This document shows positions 9,394 through 20,800 of a stretch of 64,000 nt of DNA, one piece after another. Under the pieces are notes generated by a model, which saw only the letters and a list, made by a program, of their open reading frames with translations, searched no databases and had not been told where the DNA came from. The stretch comes from Leptonemataceae bacterium (lineage in GTDB: Bacteria; Spirochaetota; Leptospiria; Leptospirales; Leptonemataceae): contig OZ245742.1 in assembly GCA_965227295.1 (NCBI GenBank), positions 736,001 to 800,000 on the forward strand. The letters are read 5' to 3'. The number at the start of each line of letters is the position of its first letter. Within the stretch, counting starts at the first letter, position 1. Position numbers and translations under genes: made by a program.

Positions 9394-12300
9394 TTACGCC
9401 GAGACCCGTTCTCTAACGTGCTCCAGCATTTCGTAAAACGCCGCCGCGTTCAACGTGCCCTTCTCCTGGGCCGTTAACGTTTGTTCGATAGAATCTAAGA
9501 TATTCTTCCGCAATGCCTTCGCGCTGTCGCCGTCTTTTTTCTTCGTTTTGCCCTCCCCGTTCACGAGGCCCTGCTCCAGGATGCGCAACAGCAGCTCGTC
9601 GATGGACGCTTCGATGCGCGACAGAAAGCGCAGTTCCCAGGTGGATTCGTGGGGCATGGCGTAGGCGGCGCGGCGCAGGGCGTCGATGCGAAACACTTCC
9701 AGGACGCGGAAGTAGTCGGCCGTGGTCCAGGCGGGCGTCGATTTGCGCGCGCCCTTTTTCGCTTTGCCGCCGCCCTGCAACAGATGAATGTTCAGCGCGT
9801 CTTCGAGGGTATCCACCGTGCGGAAGGCGTCCAGCACCGCCTCGGCCGTCTCACGGTCCAGGGAACGCAGGACACCGCGCAGCTCTCGCGGCGGACGATA
9901 CGAAGAATACTCCCGCGCTTCGGTAATGAGTTCGCGACAGGACTTTGAATTGCTCAGTTGCTCGCGAACGTTCGGTTTCTCCAGCAGGCGTTTGTTCATG
10001 CGAAAGATCTTTTCTTCGAGCTGCAGCAGGTACTCGTAGAACAGGTCCGCGGTGATTTCCTGGTTTTCCGTACGATCGTTTTCGGCCCCGCCGGGCGTGA
10101 AGCGCGCCGGACGCAGTCGTGCGCGGAGCGCCGGCAGATCGATGTACTCCGAGAGCCTTAAGTATGTATCGGCGATGCTTACGATGTCGGCATCCGTACG
10201 CATTTGCATACGCTGGAAGTAGGCCAGCCCGGCGTGATTCATGACGTCGTTCAACGCCTCGGTGATGACGATCTCGCGCTTCAGCGGATGCGAGAGAATA
10301 TCCTCGCGATAATCCTTCACCAACTGCTCGGGAAAATATCTTAGTATAAAACGATCGTACCAGGAATCGCGGAAGTGTTCGGAGTCGAGGAAGCGCCGCG
10401 CCAGGTCCAGCTTCGCGAATCCGGTAAGGGCGCAGAGTACCGGGCGCGACAGTTTGCGCGAGCCCTGCTCGCGTTGGTCCAGGTCCGCCTCGAAGGGAAT
10501 GTTGTCGTTTTCGCGATTCAATACGCCGGCCCGGTTGAGTCCTTTAATGAGTGCGCGCGTATAGGCGAAAAGATCCGGCGTGCGGCGTTGATCCAGAGAC
10601 AGGCCGATGTTGTTGTCGATGTTCGTGGCCAGGACCAGGCGGATCATGTCCTCGTTGTGCCGGCGAATGATCGTGTTACGCCGGGCCATGTCTTTGATTT
10701 TGTTTTTCCGCAGCAGACGTTCGAGCAGGATCTTAAGATTCACCTCGTGGTCGGACATGTTGACCCCGGCGCTGTTGTCCACGGCGTCGGTGTTCAGACG
10801 AATGCCGCGGTGCGCCGCTTCGATGCGCGCCGCCTGCGTAAAACCCAGGTTCCCGCCCTCGCCGACGACTTTCGCGTGCAGCTCGTCGCCGTTGATGCGG
10901 ACTCGATCGTTCGCGGGGTCCCGCGCCGAAAAATCATCCTCAAACGAGGCCTTCACGTAGGTGCCGATGCCGCCGTTCCATAAAAGATCCACCGGCGCGC
11001 GCAATATCGCGCGAATGAGTTCTTCGCCGGAAAGCGTATTCGCGGAAATACTCAGGGCTTCGCGAATCTCTTTGGAAAGTTCGATGCGTTTCGCGTCGCG
11101 CTCGAAGACACCACCGCCCTTCGAGATCTTTTCGGGATCGTATTTGTTCCAGTTGCCGACTTCCTGAAAAAGTCGTTCGCGTTCTTTGTAAGATGTTTCC
11201 GGATCAGGGTTGGGATCGAGGAAGATGTAGAGATGATTGAACGCGGCGAGCAAGCGCATGCTGCGCGATAACAACATGCCGTTGCCGAAGACGTCGCCGC
11301 CCATGTCGCCGATGGCCGCAACACTGACGGCATCGCGCTCCGGATCGCGGCCCATCTCGTAAAAGTGCAGTCGCACCGCTTCCCAGGCACCTTTTGCGGT
11401 GATGCCCTGTTTTTTATGATCGTAACCGTCGCGACCGCCGGACGCGAACGCATCACTTAACCAGAAACCGCGCGACACCGAAATTTCGTTGGCGAGATCC
11501 GAGAACGTCGCGGTGCCTTTGTCCGCGGCGACGACGAGATACGCGTCGTCCTCGTCGCGACGCACGATGCCCTTCACCGGTATGACCTTGCCGGCCGGCG
11601 ACAGGTTGTCGGTAAGATCCAGCATGGCGCCGATGTAACGACGGTAGGCCGCCTGACCGCCGGCGAACTGCGCCTGGCGATCCGCGAAACTCTTGTTCTT
11701 GATCACGAATCCGCCCTTCGATCCGACCGGAACGATGACCGTGTTCTTCACCATCTGCGCTTTCATTAAGCCGAGGACTTCCGTGCGAAAATCGTCCGCG
11801 CGATCCGACCAACGAATGCCGCCCCGGGCCACGTAACCACCGCGCAGGTGCACGCCTTCGATGTCGTAGCCGTAAACGTAGATCTCGTAGAACGGCACGG
11901 GCTGCGGCACGAATCCCAGGCGGCCGGAAGCGATCTTAAACGCGATCTCGGACTGCTCGCCGGGAACGGCGTCTTTGCCCTTGCCGTAGTACGTCGTCCG
12001 TACAATCGCCTGTACGATCTTTACCAGGCTGCGCAGCAATGTTTCTTCCAGCACCGACGAGGCGTCGTAGATGGCGGCTTCCAGGGCGTCGATGCAACGT
12101 TCCTCGCGGCTCGGCTTCGCCTCCGGGCCTAACTGCGCGTGAAAGAGATTTACCAACTGCCCGGCAAAGGCCGGATACTTGAGCAACGTCGTTTGCAGGG
12201 ATAGCCGCGAGAACGTGCGATCCACCTGGAAGTAGTAGCCGAGCAGCGCTTTTACTAACTGCAACTCTCCAGCACTTAATCCGCCCTGCACGACCAGGGC

Positions 12301-14079
12301 ATCCAGAATTTCGGCGGTGGCGGCCTTGTTCAGCGCGCGTTCCACGGCCCGCGCGGCACGATCACGATCCTCGCGATCCAGGTGCCTGTATTCGTTGACG
12401 CGAAAGGCGTAGGTATAGCGCACGTCTCCGTTGTCGTGGTCGCGGCGGTACGGGAACGTGAACGAGTCGAGGATTTCGAAGCCGAAGTTGCTGAGCACCG
12501 GTACCATCTCGGAGAGGTGGGCGGAACGCAGGCTGTACACTTTCAGAAACTCTTCCCCGGGAGCGCGACGCGCGTAGAACGAAACGCGATAACCGTCGCC
12601 GGCGCTCATGTGTTCGAGGGTGTCCAGGTCCAGCAACGCTTCTTCGGGGGTCTGGTGCAATTCGTAGTCCGGAGCCAGGCCTTCGAAGTAACGTTGCATG
12701 TACTGCGAGATGTTCGCGTCGCCGACGTACTTGTTGCCGATGAGTTTGCGAAAGCGATGGGACCACGAACTGAAGATACGTGCGCTGCGCTCGGAGATGG
12801 CATGGTGCAATTGTTTTGCGTTTACGGTGTCGGACTTGATTCCCAGCAGCAGGTAACGATTGCGATACAACGCCTCGTCGACGTGATGCAGGACCTTCGC
12901 GTCGAACTCGCGCAGGACCTCACGAAAGTCACGGCCGGGAATGCTGTCGGCGTCGCGGCCGGGGACTACCGTGGAGATCCACACCATGTCGTAGGCCGGA
13001 TCCTCGTTGAGCCGGTACTCGATCTCGTCGGTGTATACATTGGCCAGCGCCAGATCGATCCAGTCTTCGATCAGCTCCGGCCGCGTGAGCAGCAGACCCA
13101 GCGGAATCATTTGCGCGCTGTAGCGAATGCGTTTGTGCGTATACGAGTTCGGCGCGGCGTGACGTTTCTCGGCCAGGGCGCTCAAACGATCGGCCAGAAG
13201 CGGCGACTCGGTGCGCGGCTGGAGCTCGGCCCCGCTTGCGAAATGGCCGGCTACCACGAGACGTTTTTTTTCGCCGTTAAAGATCAAAAGATGGTACGGC
13301 TTCCGGCGATTGACGGTGCTGTAGACCGCGGTCTCCCGACAGACCACCGGTGCCGGCTTTTTGCGTGAGGGCTGCGAACTGTCGCTCGCCTGTACTTCTT
13401 CAACGATGGCATCCCGCGCGGCCGCGTTGCGAAAGATTCCCAGGCGCAGCTTGCCGATGGTGGCCGCCTCCCAATCGGCCACACCCAGGAGAATAAAAAA
13501 TCGCCGCGCCCAATCCGCGGCCGTACGCGTGGCGCCGCCGGCGTTATCCAGGGCCTCGGACATCTTCGGGAAGTCCGTAACCACGGTGCGCAGTTCCTTG
13601 AGATTGTTGCGCAGATCCTGCTCGACGCGGCGCATTTCACTCCCGGCAAGCCGTGAGATTTCGACGTAGACGTAGGACTCACGCCGCGCATCCCCCGGTC
13701 CGCTGCCCGCATGATTCACCGACTGCAACTGTCCCTGCGCGTCACGCTCCGCCGCGAAGATGGGATGGATCACCAGGTTGATGCGCAACTCGCGCCCGGC
13801 ACAGTAATCGATGAGCGTGTCCACGATGAAACGCGAATCGGGCAACACGACTTCGATGACGGTGGAGTTGATGAGCCAGAAAAACTCCGGCGCCGGATTG
13901 TGGACCCGCAGATGGATGTCATCCGCCCGCGCACTGGTGTTGCGATAGAATTCGTAGCGGGCCTGGAGAAACAGTCCGAGGTCCTCGGCCGAGTAGAAGG
14001 CCTTGTGGGATTCGGGGATGTAGTAGGCGTAAGTCTCGCGAAACTCGTCGTAGACGCGGTTGTTTCCAGAGTCTGGCAT
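9394..14079 (-). CDS. gdhB: Large NAD-specific glutamate dehydrogenase
   Basis: EGVHLRGGYVARGGIRWSDR, KAQMVKN, YLVVAADKGTATFSD, GYDHK, GDMGGDVFGNG, GEGGNLG, DNSAGV; start taken at MPDSG. Confidence 0.93.
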   Translation of the reverse strand: MPDSGNNRVYDEFRETYAYYIPESHKAFYSAEDLGLFLQARYEFYRNTSARADDIHLRVHNPAPEFFWLINSTVIEVVLPDSRFIVDTLIDYCAGRELRINLVIHPIFAAERDAQGQLQSVNHAGSGPGDARRESYVYVEISRLAGSEMRRVEQDLRNNLKELRTVVTDFPKMSEALDNAGGATRTAADWARRFFILLGVADWEAATIGKLRLGIFRNAAARDAIVEEVQASDSSQPSRKKPAPVVCRETAVYSTVNRRKPYHLLIFNGEKKRLVVAGHFASGAELQPRTESPLLADRLSALAEKRHAAPNSYTHKRIRYSAQMIPLGLLLTRPELIEDWIDLALANVYTDEIEYRLNEDPAYDMVWISTVVPGRDADSIPGRDFREVLREFDAKVLHHVDEALYRNRYLLLGIKSDTVNAKQLHHAISERSARIFSSWSHRFRKLIGNKYVGDANISQYMQRYFEGLAPDYELHQTPEEALLDLDTLEHMSAGDGYRVSFYARRAPGEEFLKVYSLRSAHLSEMVPVLSNFGFEILDSFTFPYRRDHDNGDVRYTYAFRVNEYRHLDREDRDRAARAVERALNKAATAEILDALVVQGGLSAGELQLVKALLGYYFQVDRTFSRLSLQTTLLKYPAFAGQLVNLFHAQLGPEAKPSREERCIDALEAAIYDASSVLEETLLRSLVKIVQAIVRTTYYGKGKDAVPGEQSEIAFKIASGRLGFVPQPVPFYEIYVYGYDIEGVHLRGGYVARGGIRWSDRADDFRTEVLGLMKAQMVKNTVIVPVGSKGGFVIKNKSFADRQAQFAGGQAAYRRYIGAMLDLTDNLSPAGKVIPVKGIVRRDEDDAYLVVAADKGTATFSDLANEISVSRGFWLSDAFASGGRDGYDHKKQGITAKGAWEAVRLHFYEMGRDPERDAVSVAAIGDMGGDVFGNGMLLSRSMRLLAAFNHLYIFLDPNPDPETSYKERERLFQEVGNWNKYDPEKISKGGGVFERDAKRIELSKEIREALSISANTLSGEELIRAILRAPVDLLWNGGIGTYVKASFEDDFSARDPANDRVRINGDELHAKVVGEGGNLGFTQAARIEAAHRGIRLNTDAVDNSAGVNMSDHEVNLKILLERLLRKNKIKDMARRNTIIRRHNEDMIRLVLATNIDNNIGLSLDQRRTPDLFAYTRALIKGLNRAGVLNRENDNIPFEADLDQREQGSRKLSRPVLCALTGFAKLDLARRFLDSEHFRDSWYDRFILRYFPEQLVKDYREDILSHPLKREIVITEALNDVMNHAGLAYFQRMQMRTDADIVSIADTYLRLSEYIDLPALRARLRPARFTPGGAENDRTENQEITADLFYEYLLQLEEKIFRMNKRLLEKPNVREQLSNSKSCRELITEAREYSSYRPPRELRGVLRSLDRETAEAVLDAFRTVDTLEDALNIHLLQGGGKAKKGARKSTPAWTTADYFRVLEVFRIDALRRAAYAMPHESTWELRFLSRIEASIDELLLRILEQGLVNGEGKTKKKDGDSAKALRKNILDSIEQTLTAQEKGTLNAAAFYEMLEHVRERVSA

Positions 14080-14285
14080 AGGGCGCCGAATGTTAGTACG
14101 ACGGGCGGGCATTGTCAAACTTTTAATCTCAGCCTGACGACGCCCCGCGGGCGGGAACGCGGTCATTCTGCCACCGCCTCTAATTTGATACAGACTGGTC
14201 TTAGTGCACAAATATTTCACCGGACTCATAGTAATTGTCGTTGTGGCGAATGACGGCCTTTCCCGAATGGTCACTTCCCACAGGT

Positions 14286-14792
14286 ATGCGCCGCCTTGTT
14301 GAAATACTATGTCCCACGGCCCTGGCCGTGATTGCTTTGCTCACCCCCGGCGCGCTCCTGGCCGAGTCCATCGATCCCGCGGCCCACCAGGCAGCGCTGG
14401 AATTCTTGCAAAACAAAGACGCCGGCATCGTGGACCTCTCGCTCCGCACGGACATCGACACCGAGCTGGACGAGGAGTTCGACGCGGCCTTCGAACAGTA
14501 CCGCAAACTCCGCGCGCTCGTGGACCGCGAGGCCGAAGACGAGCAACGCAAAGAATCGTGGGGCTGGCAGTCGGGGTCTGCGCCGTTCGCGCTCGGTATC
14601 TTCGGTGACTCCGTGCCGTTTGCCATGCCGCCGCCCGCATCCCGGGCGTTCTTAGCTGAATCTCCCTCAAACTTAAGCAACTTTTCTTTCGCGGACGCGC
14701 CTGCGCAGGCCGCGATTCCGCTCCGGCCGGACGTGCCGGATCATCTTCGCAATTATCTGGCGAGGCTCCAGCATGCGGGGCCCGTTCACTAA
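14286..14792 (+). CDS. Hypothetical exported protein upstream of giant toxin gene
   Basis: Signal-peptide-like N-terminus (MRRLVEILCPTALAVIALLTPGALLA); ends 19 nt before the ATG of the giant ORF. Confidence 0.55.
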   Translation: MRRLVEILCPTALAVIALLTPGALLAESIDPAAHQAALEFLQNKDAGIVDLSLRTDIDTELDEEFDAAFEQYRKLRALVDREAEDEQRKESWGWQSGSAPFALGIFGDSVPFAMPPPASRAFLAESPSNLSNFSFADAPAQAAIPLRPDVPDHLRNYLARLQHAGPVH

Positions 14793-14811
14793 CTTTCTAC
14801 GAGTAAACTCT

Positions 14812-17800
14812 ATGAATTTCCGTTTCGCATTCCCTCGATCATTCCTGTCCGTGCGGCGGCGCTACCGGCGCTTCGCCCGCAAATCCAGACTCCACCGTCG
14901 TTCCCTCAGTTCGTTTATGGCGCTGCTCTTTCTCGTGCAGTTCGTCCTGGCACCGACGGGCGTCTTCGCGCAAACATTCGATCGTCTCGATGAGGACGTG
15001 AACAAGAATCGCATCGGCGATTACGCGAACGCCGTCGAGGGCGCGGATGACGAGGATGATTGGAATGAGTTCGTCGGCAGCGGTGCGGATTTGTTGCGCG
15101 CGGAGTGGGAGTATCGCGCGGATCTGTTGCTCGAACAGGAAGTGACTGCCGGCGCGGCTCGGGAAGACCTCGAAGCGGAGAAGGCCCTCGCTCGTGAAGC
15201 CTGGGAAGCGGAACTGGACGACGAGATCGATCAGCGGCGCGGCCGGTGGCGGGCACGCACGGCGGCGCAGTCCCTCGACTCGTTGCTCGATGACATCGAT
15301 TACGACGAACTGGTCGCCGCGGTGAACGATGCGAACGCGCTCATGTTCACCGACGCGGACGATGCGGCGACTCGCGTGGCGGCGTGGGACGCGATTGCCG
15401 GGAATCGCGCGGCGCTTGCGAAGGCGGCGTGGGAATCGCAACTGGACGCGGAGATGGCGGCGCTCCAATCGCAGGGCGCGGGGCTCTCGGCGGAAGAACA
15501 GGCGGCGTTTCTGAGCGAGCTGGAGCGGGTGCGGACGCAGGTCGAGTCCGTTTACAAGGTCGAAGAAAGCGCCGTCGTAACTTCTTCGCGGCGTAAGTTT
15601 GTGACCGAAGCAAACACCGGTGATGACCTCGCGCGTTCCCTCGCGCAAAGCACGGATCCGGCCGAGATCGCGCGCCTGCTCGTTCGGAAAACCGAACTGG
15701 AGATGGAGCGCCTGGGCGTGTTACCGGGCGATGTGCGTTTTGATGGTGTCGATGCGCAACTCATTTTAACCGGCGCGGGGGATTATCAGGACCAGGTCTC
15801 GCAGGCGCTCGAGGCCGGGCAGTCGGCGTGGAAGTCGGCGATCGATGAATTGATTGCGCGCAAGATCGGCTTCGATGAGCAGGTGGCGGCGTCGCGCCAG
15901 GCGGGTGAGAATCAATGGGCGACGGCGTATGCGACGATCTTAGATGCGCGTGAGTCGTGGTTAACGGACGTGGAAGCGCAGATCCAGCGCGGGTTGCAGG
16001 CCTGGGATGCGGCGGAGTCCGAGCTCGCGGAAAACCGGCAGCTTGCGGAGCAAGAACTCGCGCGGCTCATTGAAAACGATCGGCGGGATTTTCAGGAACA
16101 CACGCGCGGCATCGGTCAGCTCGTGAGCGGGGCCTCGTCGACGCTCGCAACGATCGTTGAAAATCAACGCTGGTTTTCGACGAAGATTGCCGACTTACAC
16201 GCGGACATCACGCGTCTTGACGGCGAGTCGCAGAGTTATGCCGGCGGCATTCATCCCATCGGCACGCCGGGCTGGGTGGATCAGTACAACTGGCACCGCG
16301 CGAACTTCACCGACGCCGAGATCAACGATCGTTTCAATCGCATTAATACTTACACCGCCGAGCTCGCGTACTGGAACAGCCTCGAAGGCGAGTACCGGCA
16401 GATCATCGCCGACGCCGAGGGCGTCGTGCACTCCCAGGACATGCGTGACGGCGGCAACGGGCCCGGCTACTTTCACGACGCCGGTACCGGCGGCGACGCC
16501 CTGCTCTTAACCGCCACCGAGTTTGAGTTAAAGCTCGCCCGGGCGCGCCTCGCCGTACTCGAAGAAGAACGCGATCGGGCGCAGGCGGTACTGGACTACG
16601 CCGTGGCGACCACGAAGGACGGGGCCGCGGATATTCAGTCGCAGCTCGCCGCGGCGAAGTCGTCGTATGAGGCCGCGGAAAGTGCCTACTTAACGGAACT
16701 CGCCGCGCTGAACGGCGGTGGTTCGCAGAGTCTGGCGCGGGTGGGTCTGGATGATGAGTCGACGCGCGAAAGCGGGGACGCGGTCGTGGGTGCGACGCTG
16801 CTGGATGATGTGAACGCGCTCGCGTCCGATCTCGAAGCGAAGGCGCGCACGCTGGAACGTTCGCGCACGGCGCTCGATAACGCCCGGGACGCCTACGAAC
16901 AAACGCTCAAGCTGCAGGTCTTAATTCAAAATCCGTCGATGTTAAGTGACATCGGGTTGCTCGCCACGGATTCCTCGGCGATCAACGAGGACGGCGAGAA
17001 CGAGGGCCTGCGCTATGAGATCTTTCGCGCGGAGACGGACTTAACCGAGGCCCGGGAGAAGTTACGCCAGCAGGAGCAGGCGTATCTGCGGCTCATGTAC
17101 GAACGCGAGACGGCGCTGCGTTCGACGGGCTTTTTTAATCAGACCAACGAACGCATCATCTTACACGAACAAACGAAAGACAAACTCGCGCAACTGAGCG
17201 CGGTGCTCGGCGGGGCGGGTTCGTTGAGCGACAAACTCACGGCGCTTTCGAGCGGCTCGCTGCTCGCGGACATTTACGGGAACGCGGCGGCCGATCAGTT
17301 TCGTGATCGCATTGCTGATATTGCGGCGGCGGTGAGTGACGCCGAAGCGCCGGTGGCCACCGAGACCAACGCGCTGAACGGCGGGCTCGCTGAGTTCGGA
17401 ACGGCGCACGGTGCGGTGACATTCGGCGGCGGGGAGCGCGATGCGCTTTCGAACTTTGCGGGCGAGGTGAACCGCATTGTGGACGCGCTGGACGGGATCG
17501 CCGGCGTGGACTGGGGCGGCGGTCTGGATGATTTGCGGACGCTCGGGTCGGCCTTAACTGATTCTGTGGCGTTGTTAGCGTCGCGCGGCGGTGACTACGA
17601 CGCGGCCTATGCGACGTTTGCCGCGGAACTGAGTGATTATGAATCGTATGCGGCGGCGAACGCGGGTGCCGAGGCGTCGGCGGCCTACCAGGCGCGGACG
17701 GCGCGGTTGCTTTCGGCGGCGGATGAGTTTCGTCTGGCGGCGGCGCGTTTCGAGCAGGAGTTCCGGATCGCACAGAGCATGCAACAGCAGGCCGAAATTT

Positions 17801-20800
17801 TGCTCGGGCGTACGCTGGGCAGCGCGCCGATCCTGATTGACGCTTCGATTACCGGCGACGCCCGGTCCGCGGCCCTGCAAACGATCAGCGCGGAGAAGTT
17901 AGCGTTTGATGCGGCGGGGACGTCGGCGTTGGGCGCCATCGAAACCGGGGACGACGGCTTCGCGGCGCTCGCGGAGGCCTTCGGCCAGCACGCGGAGCGG
18001 GTGCAGGTGTATCGCTCGGCCCTCGGCGGGCGGAGCCAGGCGAATCTGGCGGCGGGATCGTTCGTGAACGAGCTGCACGAGACCCTGCGCGGCTCGCTCG
18101 CGAGTCAACGTTCGCAACTGGCCTTTTTATTAGAAGAAAGTGCCGATGAGGCGTTGCTCGATTCGATGCAGGGCGAACTGGAGCGCGGGCAGCGCCTGGA
18201 AGCGGCGGAGATCAATGTGCGCGCGCTGGAGCTGACGGAGGGTTATCTCGCGAGCGGGCGGAGTGTTAACATCTTGCTGATTGAAGTTACGGAGGCTGTG
18301 AACGCCCTTTTGAATGCGTATGACGTCACGGACGGGGCGCAGCGGCGGGAACTCGCGGCTCTACAGGCCGTGGGTCAGTATCTGTCGCAGAACGCCCAGG
18401 GCCTGGCGCTGCTCGATGACGCGGACCGCGCGGAGGTTGTGAGCGGCCTTGCCGATGAGCGCGCCTTTGCCGAAGACCTGCGCGACTGGTTCGCCGCGGA
18501 CGGCTTAATGTCCGATGCGGAGCAGTTAGCGATTCGCACGGGCGGCTCGCCGGTGGAGCGACGGTTGCTCTCGGCGTTTTTTAATCCGGCGGGGCAGATG
18601 GTCTTCGGTCAGGTGGCCTTCGGCGCCGCGCAGGCCGAGGCGATCGTGTTGCAACAGCACGCCGACTTCGCGGCGCAGGTGAACGCGGGCCTCGTGCAGA
18701 GCGCCATGACGGATAGGTATCATGAGGACCAGGAAAACAAGATCACCGGTTTGATCGCCGAGATGAAAGCGGCGGTGCCGGCACTGAATTCGCTCACCGC
18801 TTCGCAATTGTACAACGACAGCGCGCCGGTTTCCCGGGACGGCCTCGCCCACGATACCGACGAAGAGAACGCCCGCAAGGCCGTGCTCGCTTCGCTCCTG
18901 AGTGGCGCGGGCGCGTCGACCGAAGATCGGCTGAATGCGCTCACGGACATGGCTCAGCTCGTGCCGATCTTCGGCGCGGAGGCGGCCGTCTCCGTGTTCG
19001 CGGAGTTGCAGGCGATGCAGGACGCACACTCCGGCGCGGCTGAAGAACTGGCCCGGGCGTCCCGGGCGCTCGTGAACCAGGGCGCGGCCTTTGACGCGGA
19101 AGTGGACGCCCTCTTAGGTGCGTACGGCAAGAAGTCTGCGTACGTAAGTCAGCGGGACGCGTTGCAGGCGGTGCTGGATCTTGCGGATGTGGAAGATGCG
19201 AGCTCGCCGGCCGTTGTGGGCGTGCCCCAGGCGGACGTGGACGCGCATGTGGCTTCGCTCGGCGGCGGGGATGATCCGGCGGTGGATTTTCCGGCAGACT
19301 GGACGCCGGTGGACGACGCCGACGGCGACGCGCCGGGTGACGCGGCCTGGGATCCGACGTACACGCACGAAGACGGCTTTGTGACTCCGTTCGCGGGCCT
19401 TGACTTTGCGAGCGTGACGAACGCACGCAACGACCTCGACGCGGCGCTCGCGGACTGGGACGCGAACGAGGCCACGCTGAGTGCGGCGGTTGCTAACTTT
19501 CGCGCGGCGAAAGCTACGTTCGATGCGGCGGTGCTTGCGAATCCGGCGGGCACGCCGGGCTACGACGCGGCGCTCACGGACTTCGCCGTGGCGGTGAACG
19601 ATATGTACTTTGCGTATCGCGCGCACAACGAGTTTTTCGTGGCGCTGGAGTTCCTGGCGCGGGACGCGGGGGACCAGGCGCGCGGTGTCACGGCGGCGGC
19701 GAAGTCGCTCGCGGGCTTAGATCCGAATCAACAGTTGTTAACGGCGGCGGAGCTGGCGGCGACGCCGACGGAGTTCCAGGACGAGGTGGCGGCGAGCCCG
19801 GCGGCGTACCTCGTGCTCGCGGGCACCGAAGACGCGCACGTGCTGGCGCTGGGCGCGGCGGATTACGCGGCGTTTCAAAGTGCGAACGAAACGCAGTTAG
19901 CAACGGCGGTGCGTGCGAGTGACGAGGGCAGCTTCGCGGGGGCCGCGGCCGGCGTGGGTTTCGCGCGGGAGCGTTATTCGCAGGCGGTCACGGACATGAG
20001 CGCGGCGACGGCCGAGGCGGATGCTTTGATTGCGGCGCTACCGGACCGGGTGGACGTGCGCCTCGATCCGGGCAGCACGGATGAGGTGAGTGCCGCGACC
20101 TTAGTTTCGGTTGTGGATCAGTTACGAATTTTCTTCGCGGAGAAACAGGCGGCCGGGCAAGACGTGAACCCGGCGATTCTGGACGCGCTGGAAGCGGCGG
20201 GCGGCGCCCTCGATGAACTGGAAGCGCTGCGTGATTTTCGCGATCGCGGGGCGAGTGTGAGTGTCGAAGATGCGAAGGCCGAACGCACGGCGGCCGAAGA
20301 AGCCCGCGATGATACGGCCGGGGTCGGCGCGTTGATCGTGGAGTTGCAGCAGTTCATTTCACAGAGCGAAGCGAGCGGCGCGGGCCTGCACGAACAGGGC
20401 GATCGCATTAAGGAGTTGCTTGCGAAGTACGAAGCGGCGCAGGCGGACTTTGCGGCGGTGTACGCGTTCAGTGCGGAGCTGGACGATGCGATGTCGCTGC
20501 TGCGTGATCATGCGTGGGCGCAGCACAAACGCGAGTTGACGCAGGCGTTTCTGGTGCGGCGGGGGGACCTGTCGGTCGATGCGTTTCTTTCTAATATAGA
20601 GCAGGGTCGTTTCGTGAACGTGCCGGGGGCGAACGGCGAATCGATCAGCGTGGATTCGAAGTTTCTCGGCACCGCGCTGGATGCGACGCAGTTAAGTGAA
20701 CTTGAGGCGTTGTTACGGGAGTATGCCGCGCGGGCGCGCGTGGATGATGCCGGCATTGTGGCGGACATCGACGCCCTGCTCGCCCAGGAAGACGCGGCCG

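Noticed and set aside
14080-14274. Extended N-terminus of glutamate dehydrogenase
   Set aside because: Low-GC promoter-like region overlapping a divergent ORF; ATG at 14079 is more plausible
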